Virus record (IMG/VR): IMGVR_UViG_3300002835_000063
Location: 32,001-96,000 of that record
DNA: 64,000 nucleotides
Strand: one strand, 5' to 3'
Source of the DNA: a virus
Of this stretch, positions 21,084 through 30,753 are shown in pieces (positions within the stretch are counted from its first letter, which is position 1; every line of letters starts with the position of its first letter). The position numbers and the translations under genes were made by a program. Under the pieces are notes generated by a model that made no database searches, was not told where the DNA came from, and worked only from the letters and a program-made list of their open reading frames with translations.

Positions 21084-21767
21084 ATGAGAAACGACTACAC
21101 AAATAACAACATTACTCCATATATGTCAATAACCCCTTCAGGATTTTTTGGCGATTCTGCAGAAAATATTGTTGCTATTGACGACTTTATGACCGAAGAA
21201 GAATTAACCTATCTAAACAATTTTGCTAGGAAAAATACCATGTGGGACGCAACCGAGACTCACTATAACGAAGATGGTACAGTGATTTATGACTCTTCTT
21301 ACTGGGATCATCGAGTTGCAACGGCTCCCATATTAAAAGAAGCTGATATAAAAGTAGTTGAACTAATATCTGATATGCAAGATAGATTAAAGAAAAAAGT
21401 TGATACTTTTTTCGCAGTGGATGCTCATCCCACAAGCCCGGCGCTAGTTAGGTGGCTACCCGGACAAAGACAGCAACCGCACGCAGATAAAGAACTACAT
21501 GAGGGCGAGGGCAGGGGGAAGCCAAATGACTTCCCATACTATGACATAGCTGGCCTTTTTTATATAAACGATGACTATGAGGGAGGAGAGCTATATTTCC
21601 CTAACCAAGGTATTCAATTTAAACCAAAAGCCGGATCAGCTTACTTTTTTCCAGGAGACATGAATTATATCCACGGAGTCACAGAAATCAAGTCTGGAAT
21701 TAGATATGTTTGCCCATTTTTCTGGACAATAAAAGAGCACACTGGCAACCACAAACCAAATTTATAG
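21084..21767 (+). CDS. P4H-like 2OG-Fe(II) oxygenase #3
   Basis: HAD...YINDDYEGGEL...YIHGV...RY; TAAACT lies 6 nt before the ATG. Confidence 0.9.
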   Translation: MRNDYTNNNITPYMSITPSGFFGDSAENIVAIDDFMTEEELTYLNNFARKNTMWDATETHYNEDGTVIYDSSYWDHRVATAPILKEADIKVVELISDMQDRLKKKVDTFFAVDAHPTSPALVRWLPGQRQQPHADKELHEGEGRGKPNDFPYYDIAGLFYINDDYEGGELYFPNQGIQFKPKAGSAYFFPGDMNYIHGVTEIKSGIRYVCPFFWTIKEHTGNHKPNL

Positions 21768-21798
21768 TAGAATTATCATCAACAAGCAAGGATCTAAA

Positions 21799-22578
21799 AT
21801 GCATTTAGCCCAGAAACTACACGAAGAAGTTTATCTATACGAGGATGTAATTAGTGATCCCAAAAAACTTATTGATTTAATTGAAGAATTAGATGAAGAC
21901 GAAACTGTCCAAAGCGTAATTCCAGAATGGGGCTTTTGGTTTTCAAACAGCCGTGACGGTCACAGTTTCGGCAGTAAAAAAGATTTTAATCCAGAAGCCT
22001 TAGATCAACTAGACTCATCTAGAAAAGAAGATGTTGAGTTTATAGTAAAAGAAATTCAGAGTGGTGTAAAAAATGTTGCAGAATCCTACTACAAAGATAG
22101 AGGACTAGAGGGTCAACCACAAATATCTCCGTTTGTTGGAATTATGAAGTACCGCCCAGGCTGCGAAATGGGCGCACACTTTGACGCTCAGGCCGGAGAT
22201 AGAAGTTTAAAGTATTCGATTGTGATGTATTTAAATGACGACTATGAGGGCGGAGAGATCTCCTTTATTATTAGACCATATGATTTAAGAAACCCAAAAA
22301 ATTTCCACCTTCAACCATCAACCGATGCTGACGACCCCAAAAATAAAGATCTCACAGACTTTACGCTAAAACCAAAAGCTGGATCAGCATTAATTTTTCC
22401 CTCTACTCATCCGTATAAGCACCAAGTTCACATAATTAAGGGTGGAGATAAGTATATTTTCCCTGGTTTTGTTTTTCAAGATGATTTTGATCCAAATGAT
22501 CCAGCTTCTAGAGAAAAATACAATGCCGGATCTCTATACGAAAAGCCAACCGAAGACGTTTATTTCGACGAAGACTAA
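21799..22578 (+). CDS. P4H-like 2OG-Fe(II) oxygenase #4
   Basis: HFD...YLNDDYEGGEI...YKHQV...KY. Confidence 0.9.
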   Translation: MHLAQKLHEEVYLYEDVISDPKKLIDLIEELDEDETVQSVIPEWGFWFSNSRDGHSFGSKKDFNPEALDQLDSSRKEDVEFIVKEIQSGVKNVAESYYKDRGLEGQPQISPFVGIMKYRPGCEMGAHFDAQAGDRSLKYSIVMYLNDDYEGGEISFIIRPYDLRNPKNFHLQPSTDADDPKNKDLTDFTLKPKAGSALIFPSTHPYKHQVHIIKGGDKYIFPGFVFQDDFDPNDPASREKYNAGSLYEKPTEDVYFDED

Positions 22579-22582
22579 TAAA

Positions 22583-23197
22583 ATGTATGAGGCCATTTCG
22601 CCAAAAGTTCTATACTTTAAAAATTTTTATAAAGACACAGAAAAGTTTTTAGAGGCTATAGAAAGCTCCCCACCCTGGGAACCATGGAATTCTCGGGGTG
22701 GCCAAAATATTTTTACTTACGGAGTATTAAAAACATTTCATACCCAAGAATACAAACAAATAGCAGATATTAATCAAAAAAATTCTAGTAAATTTATTAT
22801 TAATGCCATGAAAAAAATAAATTTAGTCTGCGGATCAGAGTATTTAAAACATTTTCAATGCTCGGACAATGAATTAAGTAGATTAAAAAAGTCCATTTTA
22901 ACGGATAAAATAATTATTGGCGTAAAAAAATATTTTGAGGGGGGGACCACCCTAGGCCCACACCCAGACGCGGACCTACAATCATCAAAAGATGAAATAA
23001 GCATAACTTTTTATCCAAACGATAATTATGAGGGCGGAGAATTAAATTTTCCCGATTTGGGGCTAACAATTAAACCAGAGGCCGGAAGTGTGGTCATATA
23101 CCCATCAAAATATTTACATGAATCTTTCCCCGTTCCCACGGGAGAAAAGTTGGTGTCTAATCACGTATACATTGGACTGGAAAAAATATGGAAATAA
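22583..23197 (+). CDS. P4H-like 2OG-Fe(II) oxygenase #5
   Basis: HPD...YPNDNYEGGEL...YLHES...K; start corrected to ATG 22583 (MYEAISPK). Confidence 0.85.
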   Translation: MYEAISPKVLYFKNFYKDTEKFLEAIESSPPWEPWNSRGGQNIFTYGVLKTFHTQEYKQIADINQKNSSKFIINAMKKINLVCGSEYLKHFQCSDNELSRLKKSILTDKIIIGVKKYFEGGTTLGPHPDADLQSSKDEISITFYPNDNYEGGELNFPDLGLTIKPEAGSVVIYPSKYLHESFPVPTGEKLVSNHVYIGLEKIWK

Positions 23198-23844
23198 AAT
23201 ATGAAATACCTTACGAGAATATTGTTTATTTTCCAGAAATTGTTCCGGACGTAGATAACATAATTTCTTCAATAGAGTCCACAAATAGTCTAGCTATAAC
23301 TAAATGGGAAATTTGGAATGCTTATGGAGAATCAGACGGGGATCCATATGGCGAAGTAAAATACATGAGCAAACATCTTTTAGATGCAGAGACTAACCAA
23401 AAAACTGTAGAAACCTCAAAATATATAATTTCTACGCTAATAAGTTCAATGTCATTAGCAGCCGAAACTTACGCAAAAATATATAACATTGATTCTAACC
23501 TTTTGCAGTATGCAATTGATGCATTAAATATGCCTGGCACAAAATATGGAATAAACAAATATTTTGAGAATCAATACATGGGACCACACGTTGACTGGAA
23601 TGAGTACAACTCCGACATTACTTATACCATTGTTGTTTACTTGAACGATGATTACGAAGGCGGGGAGCTATTTTTTGTGGATCCGGACATAAACATAAAA
23701 ATAAAACCTAAAAAGGGAAGCATAGTAATGTTTCCATCTGTCCTGCCATATCTGCATCAATCCTGTGAGATTACTAAGGGAAGAAAAATGCTGATAACTC
23801 ATCACTGGAAAAATGATTCACTATCAAGAAACAGGACTTACTAA
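23188..23844 (+). CDS. P4H-like 2OG-Fe(II) oxygenase #6
   Basis: HVD...YLNDDYEGGEL...YLHQS...RK. Confidence 0.9.
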   Translation: MEIKYEIPYENIVYFPEIVPDVDNIISSIESTNSLAITKWEIWNAYGESDGDPYGEVKYMSKHLLDAETNQKTVETSKYIISTLISSMSLAAETYAKIYNIDSNLLQYAIDALNMPGTKYGINKYFENQYMGPHVDWNEYNSDITYTIVVYLNDDYEGGELFFVDPDINIKIKPKKGSIVMFPSVLPYLHQSCEITKGRKMLITHHWKNDSLSRNRTY

Positions 23845-24698
23845 TGTCAATTAATGTAAATCTTATTGAAGTTTTTTCTAAAGAAGATCTCTATTCTAGA
23901 CTAAACGAAATTTTAGATGTTCAAACTAAAAATTCCATTGTTGGGATTAGAGGAGTTAGGCTTACTGAAGAAGAGCAGCTACAGCTAGCCAGAGATCTCG
24001 GAGACATAGCTGGCTGGTTCCCAAACAACACCGACAAATTTAATCACAAATATATTGAAAATCACTCTGCCAACCCATCGGTGGGAGCCTCTTCAAATAA
24101 CGAATTAATTTTAAGCTGGCACCTAGAGCGCGTCGATTATGACGAATATCTTTTGTTGGTGGCTGGCGTTTGGAACATGAGACTTTTTAATTGTGATCCA
24201 GAATCGGGTAAAACATATTTTATAGATTCCAGAAAAGTGTTCCAAAAAATTTACAATGAAGATGAAAAGAATTTTTTGCGAGGCTGCAAAGCCTACTGGA
24301 CAGAACAAACGCCAAGCGGCAATACACGCACTAATTATGTAAAGATTGTTCAGCCCCATTGGAAGACCGAAGAAGAACAAATTAGAGTTGAGCTACACCA
24401 TATGGCTGCAATTAAATTGTACAAAATAAACGATAATGACCCAACTTCAGAAGAAGCGGCCGCCTTTGAGTCATTAATGAAAAGATTTTCTCAAGAAATA
24501 GCAAACAACGAAGATTTAAGAATAATTCACAAATGGAAAGAGGGAGACATCCTCATTCCAGATCTTTTCTCTCTAGCGCACGCCGTCACGGGCGGATTTG
24601 ACCCCAAAGACAGAGAGTTTACCGGATACTGGTGCTATACGGCGTCTCCCTCTAGTGTTGGAGAAGACAATGTCCCGCCATCTTGGAGGGGTGAATAA
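23844..24698 (+). CDS. TauD/TfdA/CAS-like 2OG-Fe(II) dioxygenase
   Basis: WHLE, G.TYFID, HKWKEGDILIPD....H...R pattern. Confidence 0.75.
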   Translation: MSINVNLIEVFSKEDLYSRLNEILDVQTKNSIVGIRGVRLTEEEQLQLARDLGDIAGWFPNNTDKFNHKYIENHSANPSVGASSNNELILSWHLERVDYDEYLLLVAGVWNMRLFNCDPESGKTYFIDSRKVFQKIYNEDEKNFLRGCKAYWTEQTPSGNTRTNYVKIVQPHWKTEEEQIRVELHHMAAIKLYKINDNDPTSEEAAAFESLMKRFSQEIANNEDLRIIHKWKEGDILIPDLFSLAHAVTGGFDPKDREFTGYWCYTASPSSVGEDNVPPSWRGE

Positions 24699-24700
24699 GC

Positions 24701-25171
24701 TTGAACGATTTAAATCCAACAAATGAAGTATATGTAAATCAATACAAAGAAGCTGTAAAACAAAATAAAGCAAATTCTTATATGCTCACTATTGCCAGAG
24801 ACGGCGAATCACCAGTCAGGTCAATTTATTTTTATGATAATGCAGTAGACGCCACTATTGGATATGAAGCATACCAAGACTGGGGATTTGCTAAAGACTA
24901 TCTAACGGTGGAGCTATATGAGCCAACTGGAAGGGTTCACAGCAAAGTTTTGCGCAGGCCTCGCGGTGGAGAGTGCACTTTTGAGCGGGCACAGTACTAC
25001 CAAATTTCTGACATAATAAACGCCGTTAAGCCAAAAGTAGACGAGGAAGCATTCAACTACCTAGCCTACGAGTTTGCTAAGCTATTCTCGAAGGACAACC
25101 AAAGGTTTAATCCAGAGCGATTTTTAGAGACGCTGGGATATACAGGAGAAATAAATGACAGATCTGTCTAA
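24701..25171 (+). CDS. hypothetical protein within the oxygenase array
   Basis: 156-aa ORF, tightly packed; C-terminal F..DN.RFNPERF motif. Confidence 0.6.
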   Translation: MNDLNPTNEVYVNQYKEAVKQNKANSYMLTIARDGESPVRSIYFYDNAVDATIGYEAYQDWGFAKDYLTVELYEPTGRVHSKVLRRPRGGECTFERAQYYQISDIINAVKPKVDEEAFNYLAYEFAKLFSKDNQRFNPERFLETLGYTGEINDRSV

Positions 25172-25889
25172 GATCGAGACTACCCCGACAGAGTTTGGCG
25201 ATAAGGGATTTATCAAAGAAGATATTGTTTTTTACAATAATTTTCTAACCCAAGAAGAGTGTGAGACCCTGGTTAGAGTATTCGAGGACGAAGAGCAACC
25301 CTGGAGCATGTCAGCTTTTTTTGAGTCGTACGGCATGAGTATTATGCCAGAAGACCCGATTTTAGAGCGATACGGGTTACCTAGAGATTACTTTGGGAAA
25401 CTAGCAGATAGGCTACATAAGGTAGTAGAAGATGCCCACGAGCGTCCAGTAAAATCAGTTTCGTCTCATGCCCAGAAGTGGCAAATAGGGGCGTTTGCTC
25501 CATTTCATTCAGACAACACCGACATGGATGGAAACCCGTCTGCCTGGGAGAAAAGCAAACTTGTCTGCCTCTTGTACATAAATGACGACTATGAGGGCGG
25601 AGAGCTAGACTTTAGGGATCACGATATCTCGATCAAACCGGTGGCGGGCCAGTTAATTACTTTCCCCGGCGGATTTAATAACATCCACCAAGTGTTGCCA
25701 GTGAGGGGCTCTACGAGACATACCATTGGAGCTTTCTGGGATTATGCCGAATCGGTCTACTCCGAAGAGCGCATGAAGCAATGGGAAGATGAAATCCAAA
25801 AGGTCCGAGAAGAGCAAAAAGTCATGCAGGACGAGTGGAAAGAAATGGTTGCCAAGGGGGTCCACCCCACGGATCCGGGCGCTCAATAG
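25155..25889 (+). CDS. P4H-like 2OG-Fe(II) oxygenase #7
   Basis: HSD...YINDDYEGGEL...NIHQV...RH; coiled-coil C-terminus. Confidence 0.9.
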   Translation: MTDLSKIETTPTEFGDKGFIKEDIVFYNNFLTQEECETLVRVFEDEEQPWSMSAFFESYGMSIMPEDPILERYGLPRDYFGKLADRLHKVVEDAHERPVKSVSSHAQKWQIGAFAPFHSDNTDMDGNPSAWEKSKLVCLLYINDDYEGGELDFRDHDISIKPVAGQLITFPGGFNNIHQVLPVRGSTRHTIGAFWDYAESVYSEERMKQWEDEIQKVREEQKVMQDEWKEMVAKGVHPTDPGAQ

Positions 25890-25953
25890 TCAATTTAGCC
25901 AAACTGCGGTAAAATTGTAAGGACTAGTCTAATCCCCTGTTAGGACTTTCCGC

Positions 25954-26331
25954 ATGAGTCATTTGCGTGGCAATATCCATGATCTAATCACAGATCAGGG
26001 ATCTACTGTACACCAGGTATTTACTATCAAAAACTCGGCTCGTCGGATAATCCCCCTAACCGGGTATTCGGCTCGTATGCAAGTCAGACGTTGGGACGTG
26101 GAAACCAGGGATCCCGTCCTAACAACTATCGCTGAATATACAACTGCAAACGGATATCTAACCGTCAACGGTGCCGCGGGAACCGTGACTCTTCTTATTC
26201 CGCCCGCCGATATGGCAGCATACGAGCCAGGTTCTTATGTTTACGACATCGAGGTCGAGACAGCAAATGCTGGAGATACCACTCGGATCATCCAGGGAAA
26301 ATTTATTGTGAGAGCTGAGGTAACCAAGTAG
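25954..26331 (+). CDS. virion adaptor-like protein, first gene of fibre operon B
   Basis: DQGST...GYSARMQVR...YVYDIE...IIQGKF.VRAEVTK; paralogue of 10855..11217. Confidence 0.7.
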   Translation: MSHLRGNIHDLITDQGSTVHQVFTIKNSARRIIPLTGYSARMQVRRWDVETRDPVLTTIAEYTTANGYLTVNGAAGTVTLLIPPADMAAYEPGSYVYDIEVETANAGDTTRIIQGKFIVRAEVTK

Positions 26332-28742
26332 TGGTACTCTCTGACAATTTTGCATATGTAGACGTTAAAGGTCCTGGACCTCAAGGACCTGCAGGACCAA
26401 CAGGACCTGCAGGACCAGCAGGTGGACCAACTGGACCCACAGGTGTCACGGGACCGACAGGTGCAACGGGACCATCTGTTACAGGTCCAACAGGTCCTAC
26501 TGGACCTACTGGAAACTTAGGTCCTACGGGCCCAACAGGTCCTCAGGGTATTGCAGGTTTGTCAGTCACCGGTGCAACTGGTGCAACTGGAGCAACTGGT
26601 GCAGCCGGTGCTACAGGACCAACTGGAGCACAGGGTATTGCAGGTTTATCAATTACTGGACCAACTGGTGCTGCAGGCGTTGCAGGTCCAACAGGACCAA
26701 CCGGTGCAACTGGTGCAGCAGGTTCTGATGGACTAAGCATTACTGGACCAACTGGACCAACTGGTGCTGCAGGCGTTGCAGGTCCAACAGGACCTACTGG
26801 GTCGCAAGGTATTGCTGGTTTATCAATTACTGGACCTACCGGTGCGCAAGGAAACGTGGGCCCAACTGGTGCAACAGGACCTACTGGGTCGCAAGGTATT
26901 GCTGGTTTATCAATTACTGGACCTACCGGTGCTCTTGGTCCCACTGGTCCCACTGGCCCTACGGGCCCAACTGGCGCAGACAGCATGGTTACAGGTCCGA
27001 CTGGTCCTACAGGACCCACAGGTCCTACCGGAGCAACTGGAGCAACTGGTGCAGACAGCATGGTTACAGGTCCGACTGGTCCTACAGGACCCACAGGTCC
27101 TACCGGAGCAACTGGAGCAACTGGTGCAGACAGCATGGTTACAGGTCCGACTGGTCCAACCGGTGCAACTGGACCTCAAGGAATATCACTAGAGCTAATT
27201 GGATCAGTAGAGAATATAATTGATCTACCGCCCAGTGCAAATATTAACGAAGCATATATTGTCCAAGCCGATGGAAATCTTTATGTGTGGGACGGCGCTC
27301 AATGGGTAGATGTTGGCCAAATTGTTGGACCCATTGGACCGACTGGCCCAACTGGCCCAACGGGAGCAACTGGACCTCAGGGCAATCAGGGCATCCAAGG
27401 TGTTCAAGGCGACACCGGACCCATTGGACCGACAGGCGCAACTGGCCCAGAAGGAAATTATTATGTTGGAGATAATCCTCCACTAACTCCTACAGAGGGC
27501 GATGGTTGGTTCAACACTTCTACAACAAAATTCTTTATTTACTACGACAATTTTTGGATTGAAGTTGCCACCACCGAGCGAGGCCCAACTGGAGCGACTG
27601 GAGATACAGGGCCAGCTGGACCAACAGGTTCCACCGGAGCGACTGGAGATACGGGACCTCAAGGTATTCAGGGTGTAACTGGACCTACCGGAGCGACTGG
27701 AGATACGGGACCTCAAGGTATTCAGGGTGTAACTGGACCTACCGGAGCGACTGGAGATACGGGAGCTACGGGCCCTACCGGAGCGACTGGAGATACGGGA
27801 GCTACGGGCCCTACCGGAGCTGATGCACTGTGGAATTTCACTGGACCATATCAAATAGGGTCTTCTTATGCAGTGGGCGATGTTGCTACCTATGGTGGAC
27901 AGACTTGGTATCGCATAGACGCAAATGGTGGAAACACCGGAGACACCCCATCAGAGGGAACATTCTGGACATTGATAGCGCAAGCAGGAGCTATCGGCGA
28001 CACAGGCCCTACTGGAGCGACTGGAGACACTGGACCTCAAGGTATTCAGGGTGTAACTGGACCTACCGGAGCGACTGGAGACACTGGACCCCAAGGGCCA
28101 ACTGGACCAACGGGTGACACAGGCCCGACGGGCCCGACGGGATTGGGTATTCCACTGGGTGGCGACACCGGTCAAATTTTGGCAAAAGACTCTCCAGCCG
28201 ATGGCGACTATGTTTGGGTTGACAACTATGCTGATTGGACTGCTGTTGTTAAGCACGAAGTTAGAGCAGAGCAAGTATTAACAAAAGGTCAAGCTGTCTA
28301 TGTTAGCTCTTCTGATGGCACCAACATGCGAGTCTCTAAATCGTCTAATGCTACAGAATCAGCATCAAGCAAAACCCTGGGAATTATTGCTCAGAATTTG
28401 GCAGTAAACGGTCAAGGCTTCGTAATAACAGAGGGCCTTCTAGCTGGTCTAAACACATCGACCGCTACAACTGGAGATCCAATTTGGCTTGGAACTGATG
28501 GAAACTTAATTTTTGGCTTAGCAAACAAGCCATCAGCTCCAGCTCATTTAGTTTATTTAGGTGTCGTAACTAGAGTAAATCTTAACAATGGTGAGATATT
28601 TGTTAAGGTTCAAAATGGATTTGAACTGCAAGAACTTCACAATGTAAAAATTAACGGCATCCAAGGCGGCGATATTTTGTCTTACAATGCAATTAGCCAG
28701 CTTTGGGAAAATATTCATGTTGTTGACGGAGGTACGCCATAA
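26331..28742 (+). CDS. collagen-like (Gly-X-Thr rich) fibre protein, 803 aa
   Basis: Long GPT/GAT/GDT tracts interrupted by globular modules; ends VDGGTP. Confidence 0.9.
26976..27157 (+). repeat. 75-bp tandem repeat (about 2.4 copies)
   Basis: Units start at 26976, 27051 and 27126; encode [25 protein letters not shown]. Confidence 0.9.
27633..27820 (+). repeat. 54-bp then 27-bp tandem repeats
   Basis: ACCGGAGCGACTGGAGATACGGGA units at 27633, 27687 and 27741. Confidence 0.85.
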
Positions 28743-29542
28743 TGGCTATTGATTTTCCAAATAGTCCGTCTATAGGACAACAAGTTTCTGCAAATGGCAC
28801 CATCTGGGAGTGGGATGGAATTGCTTGGGTTGTAATTGGGACACCTGTTTCCATTGGCCCAACTGGACCAATCGGGCCAACTGGACCGCAAGGCAGCCAA
28901 GGAATTACTGGTCCAACAGGAAGCACTGGTCCAACAGGCGCTGACAGCACAGTACCGGGACCAACCGGACCAACTGGACCCCAAGGAGATACGGGTCCAA
29001 CAGGCATTCAAGGAAACGTGGGTCCTACCGGACCACAGGGAATTCAAGGCCCAACCGGAGCAGTTGGTTCCCAGGGTGTGCAGGGTGCAACAGGTCCAAC
29101 TGGACATCAAGGTGATACAGGACCAACTGGCGCAACAGGAGACACTGGACCTCAAGGAAACATCGGAGACACAGGGCCTGCAGGACCGACTGGAGCAACT
29201 GGAGACACAGGGCCTGCAGGACCGACTGGAGCAACTGGTGCAACTGGTGCAACTGGACCTACAGGAGCAGATGGAACATTCTTAGTTTCAAGCTCAGTGC
29301 CGCCAACCCCCACCGAGGGTCAAATTTGGTTTAATTCAGTTGAAGGTAAATTATTAATTTTCTATGACGGTTTTTGGGTAGAAACAATTGTCGGTGAGGT
29401 TGGAGCGACAGGACCAACCGGTCCAGCGGGGAGCTCTACTTTGTATACTCCAACAACACCATTAGATTGGGTCACCACCCCAAATACTATCTCTGAAGCA
29501 TTAGATCAACTTGCTAGTAGAATAAAAGCACTAGAACCGTAG
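28742..29542 (+). CDS. collagen-like fibre protein
   Basis: MAIDFPNSP...WEWDG..W N-domain followed by a Gly-X-Y tract. Confidence 0.88.
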   Translation: MAIDFPNSPSIGQQVSANGTIWEWDGIAWVVIGTPVSIGPTGPIGPTGPQGSQGITGPTGSTGPTGADSTVPGPTGPTGPQGDTGPTGIQGNVGPTGPQGIQGPTGAVGSQGVQGATGPTGHQGDTGPTGATGDTGPQGNIGDTGPAGPTGATGDTGPAGPTGATGATGATGPTGADGTFLVSSSVPPTPTEGQIWFNSVEGKLLIFYDGFWVETIVGEVGATGPTGPAGSSTLYTPTTPLDWVTTPNTISEALDQLASRIKALEP

Positions 29543-29553
29543 GATAAACATAA

Positions 29554-30735
29554 ATGGCTATTTTAAATTTTCCCGACAATCCGTTGGTAGGGGATACTTT
29601 TGAAGCATCCTCTCAGGGGGGTATTTTTGCTAATAGTACTTCAACTTGGACTTGGACTGGAACCTACTGGGAGGCAGAATCTACCGAACTAATCGTCGGT
29701 CCCACGGGCCCTACAGGGGCTACCGGAGCAACTGGGCCCCAGGGTACAAGTATTAACTTTAAAGGTTCTGTAAATACTTTTAACGATTTACCACTAAGTA
29801 ATAACATTGTAAACGATGCCTACATAAATCACGAAGACGGGGATCTCTATGTTTGGGATGGAAGCGTTTGGGACAGTGTCGGTCAAATCGTTGGCCCCCA
29901 GGGAGCCACTGGACCCACTGGAGCGACTGGTCCTCAGGGCATACAAGGAGCTACAGGTGATCAGGGACAGCAGGGACCCACTGGACCAACCGGGCCCCAA
30001 GGAACTCCAGGACTAGTTGGACCGACTGGTGCAACTGGTGCGCCTGGATTAGATGGTCTTTCCGGTCAATCAGGTTTAGATGGTGCTACTGGACCCACTG
30101 GTCCCACCGGAGCCACTGGTCCTCAAGGAGATGTTGGACCCACCGGCCCCCAGGGATTGCAGGGACAGACCGGATATACCGGTCCCACCGGAGCCACTGG
30201 CGACACCGGTCCCATCGGCCCAACTGGTGCTGCAGGTACAAACGGATTAAATGGAGATACGGGCCCCACCGGTGCAACAGGGGCAACCGGCCCAACCGGC
30301 CCACAAGGTACAAACATTAATTTTATTGCAACAGTAGCCACAGTAGCAAACTTGCCAGGTTCAGCAAATCAGAATGATGCATATATCGTTGAAGCTGATG
30401 GTGATTTGTATGTTTGGGACTCCCTAAATACCGAGTGGGATAACGTTGGACAAATTGTTGGTCCTCAGGGTCCTACTGGTGCCACAGGGCCGACTGGAGC
30501 TACGGGCAACACGGGAAGCTATACAGTATCAGCCCCTCTTTCATTAGTCGGTAGCAACATCAGCATTCAGAGTAATCCAACGTTTACCGGAAATGTTTCA
30601 GCTACTTCATTCACCGGAAACTTAATTGGAACAGCTGACAATTCATTAAAAATTGAAGGCAGAAAAATTTATGTTCAGAGTTCTGCACCAACTTCCGGCA
30701 TGTCAAATGGCGACATTTGGATTGACATTCCGTAA
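29554..30735 (+). CDS. collagen-like fibre protein
   Basis: [11 protein letters not shown]-domain, Gly-X-Y tracts, two DAYI...DGDLYVWD...W..VGQIVGP modules. Confidence 0.88.
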   Translation: MAILNFPDNPLVGDTFEASSQGGIFANSTSTWTWTGTYWEAESTELIVGPTGPTGATGATGPQGTSINFKGSVNTFNDLPLSNNIVNDAYINHEDGDLYVWDGSVWDSVGQIVGPQGATGPTGATGPQGIQGATGDQGQQGPTGPTGPQGTPGLVGPTGATGAPGLDGLSGQSGLDGATGPTGPTGATGPQGDVGPTGPQGLQGQTGYTGPTGATGDTGPIGPTGAAGTNGLNGDTGPTGATGATGPTGPQGTNINFIATVATVANLPGSANQNDAYIVEADGDLYVWDSLNTEWDNVGQIVGPQGPTGATGPTGATGNTGSYTVSAPLSLVGSNISIQSNPTFTGNVSATSFTGNLIGTADNSLKIEGRKIYVQSSAPTSGMSNGDIWIDIP

Positions 30736-30753
30736 AAATACCGAGGACTAATA

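Noticed and set aside
26543-30341. Many antisense and off-frame ORFs over the collagen genes
   Set aside because: Expected by-products of Gly-X-Y codon periodicity.
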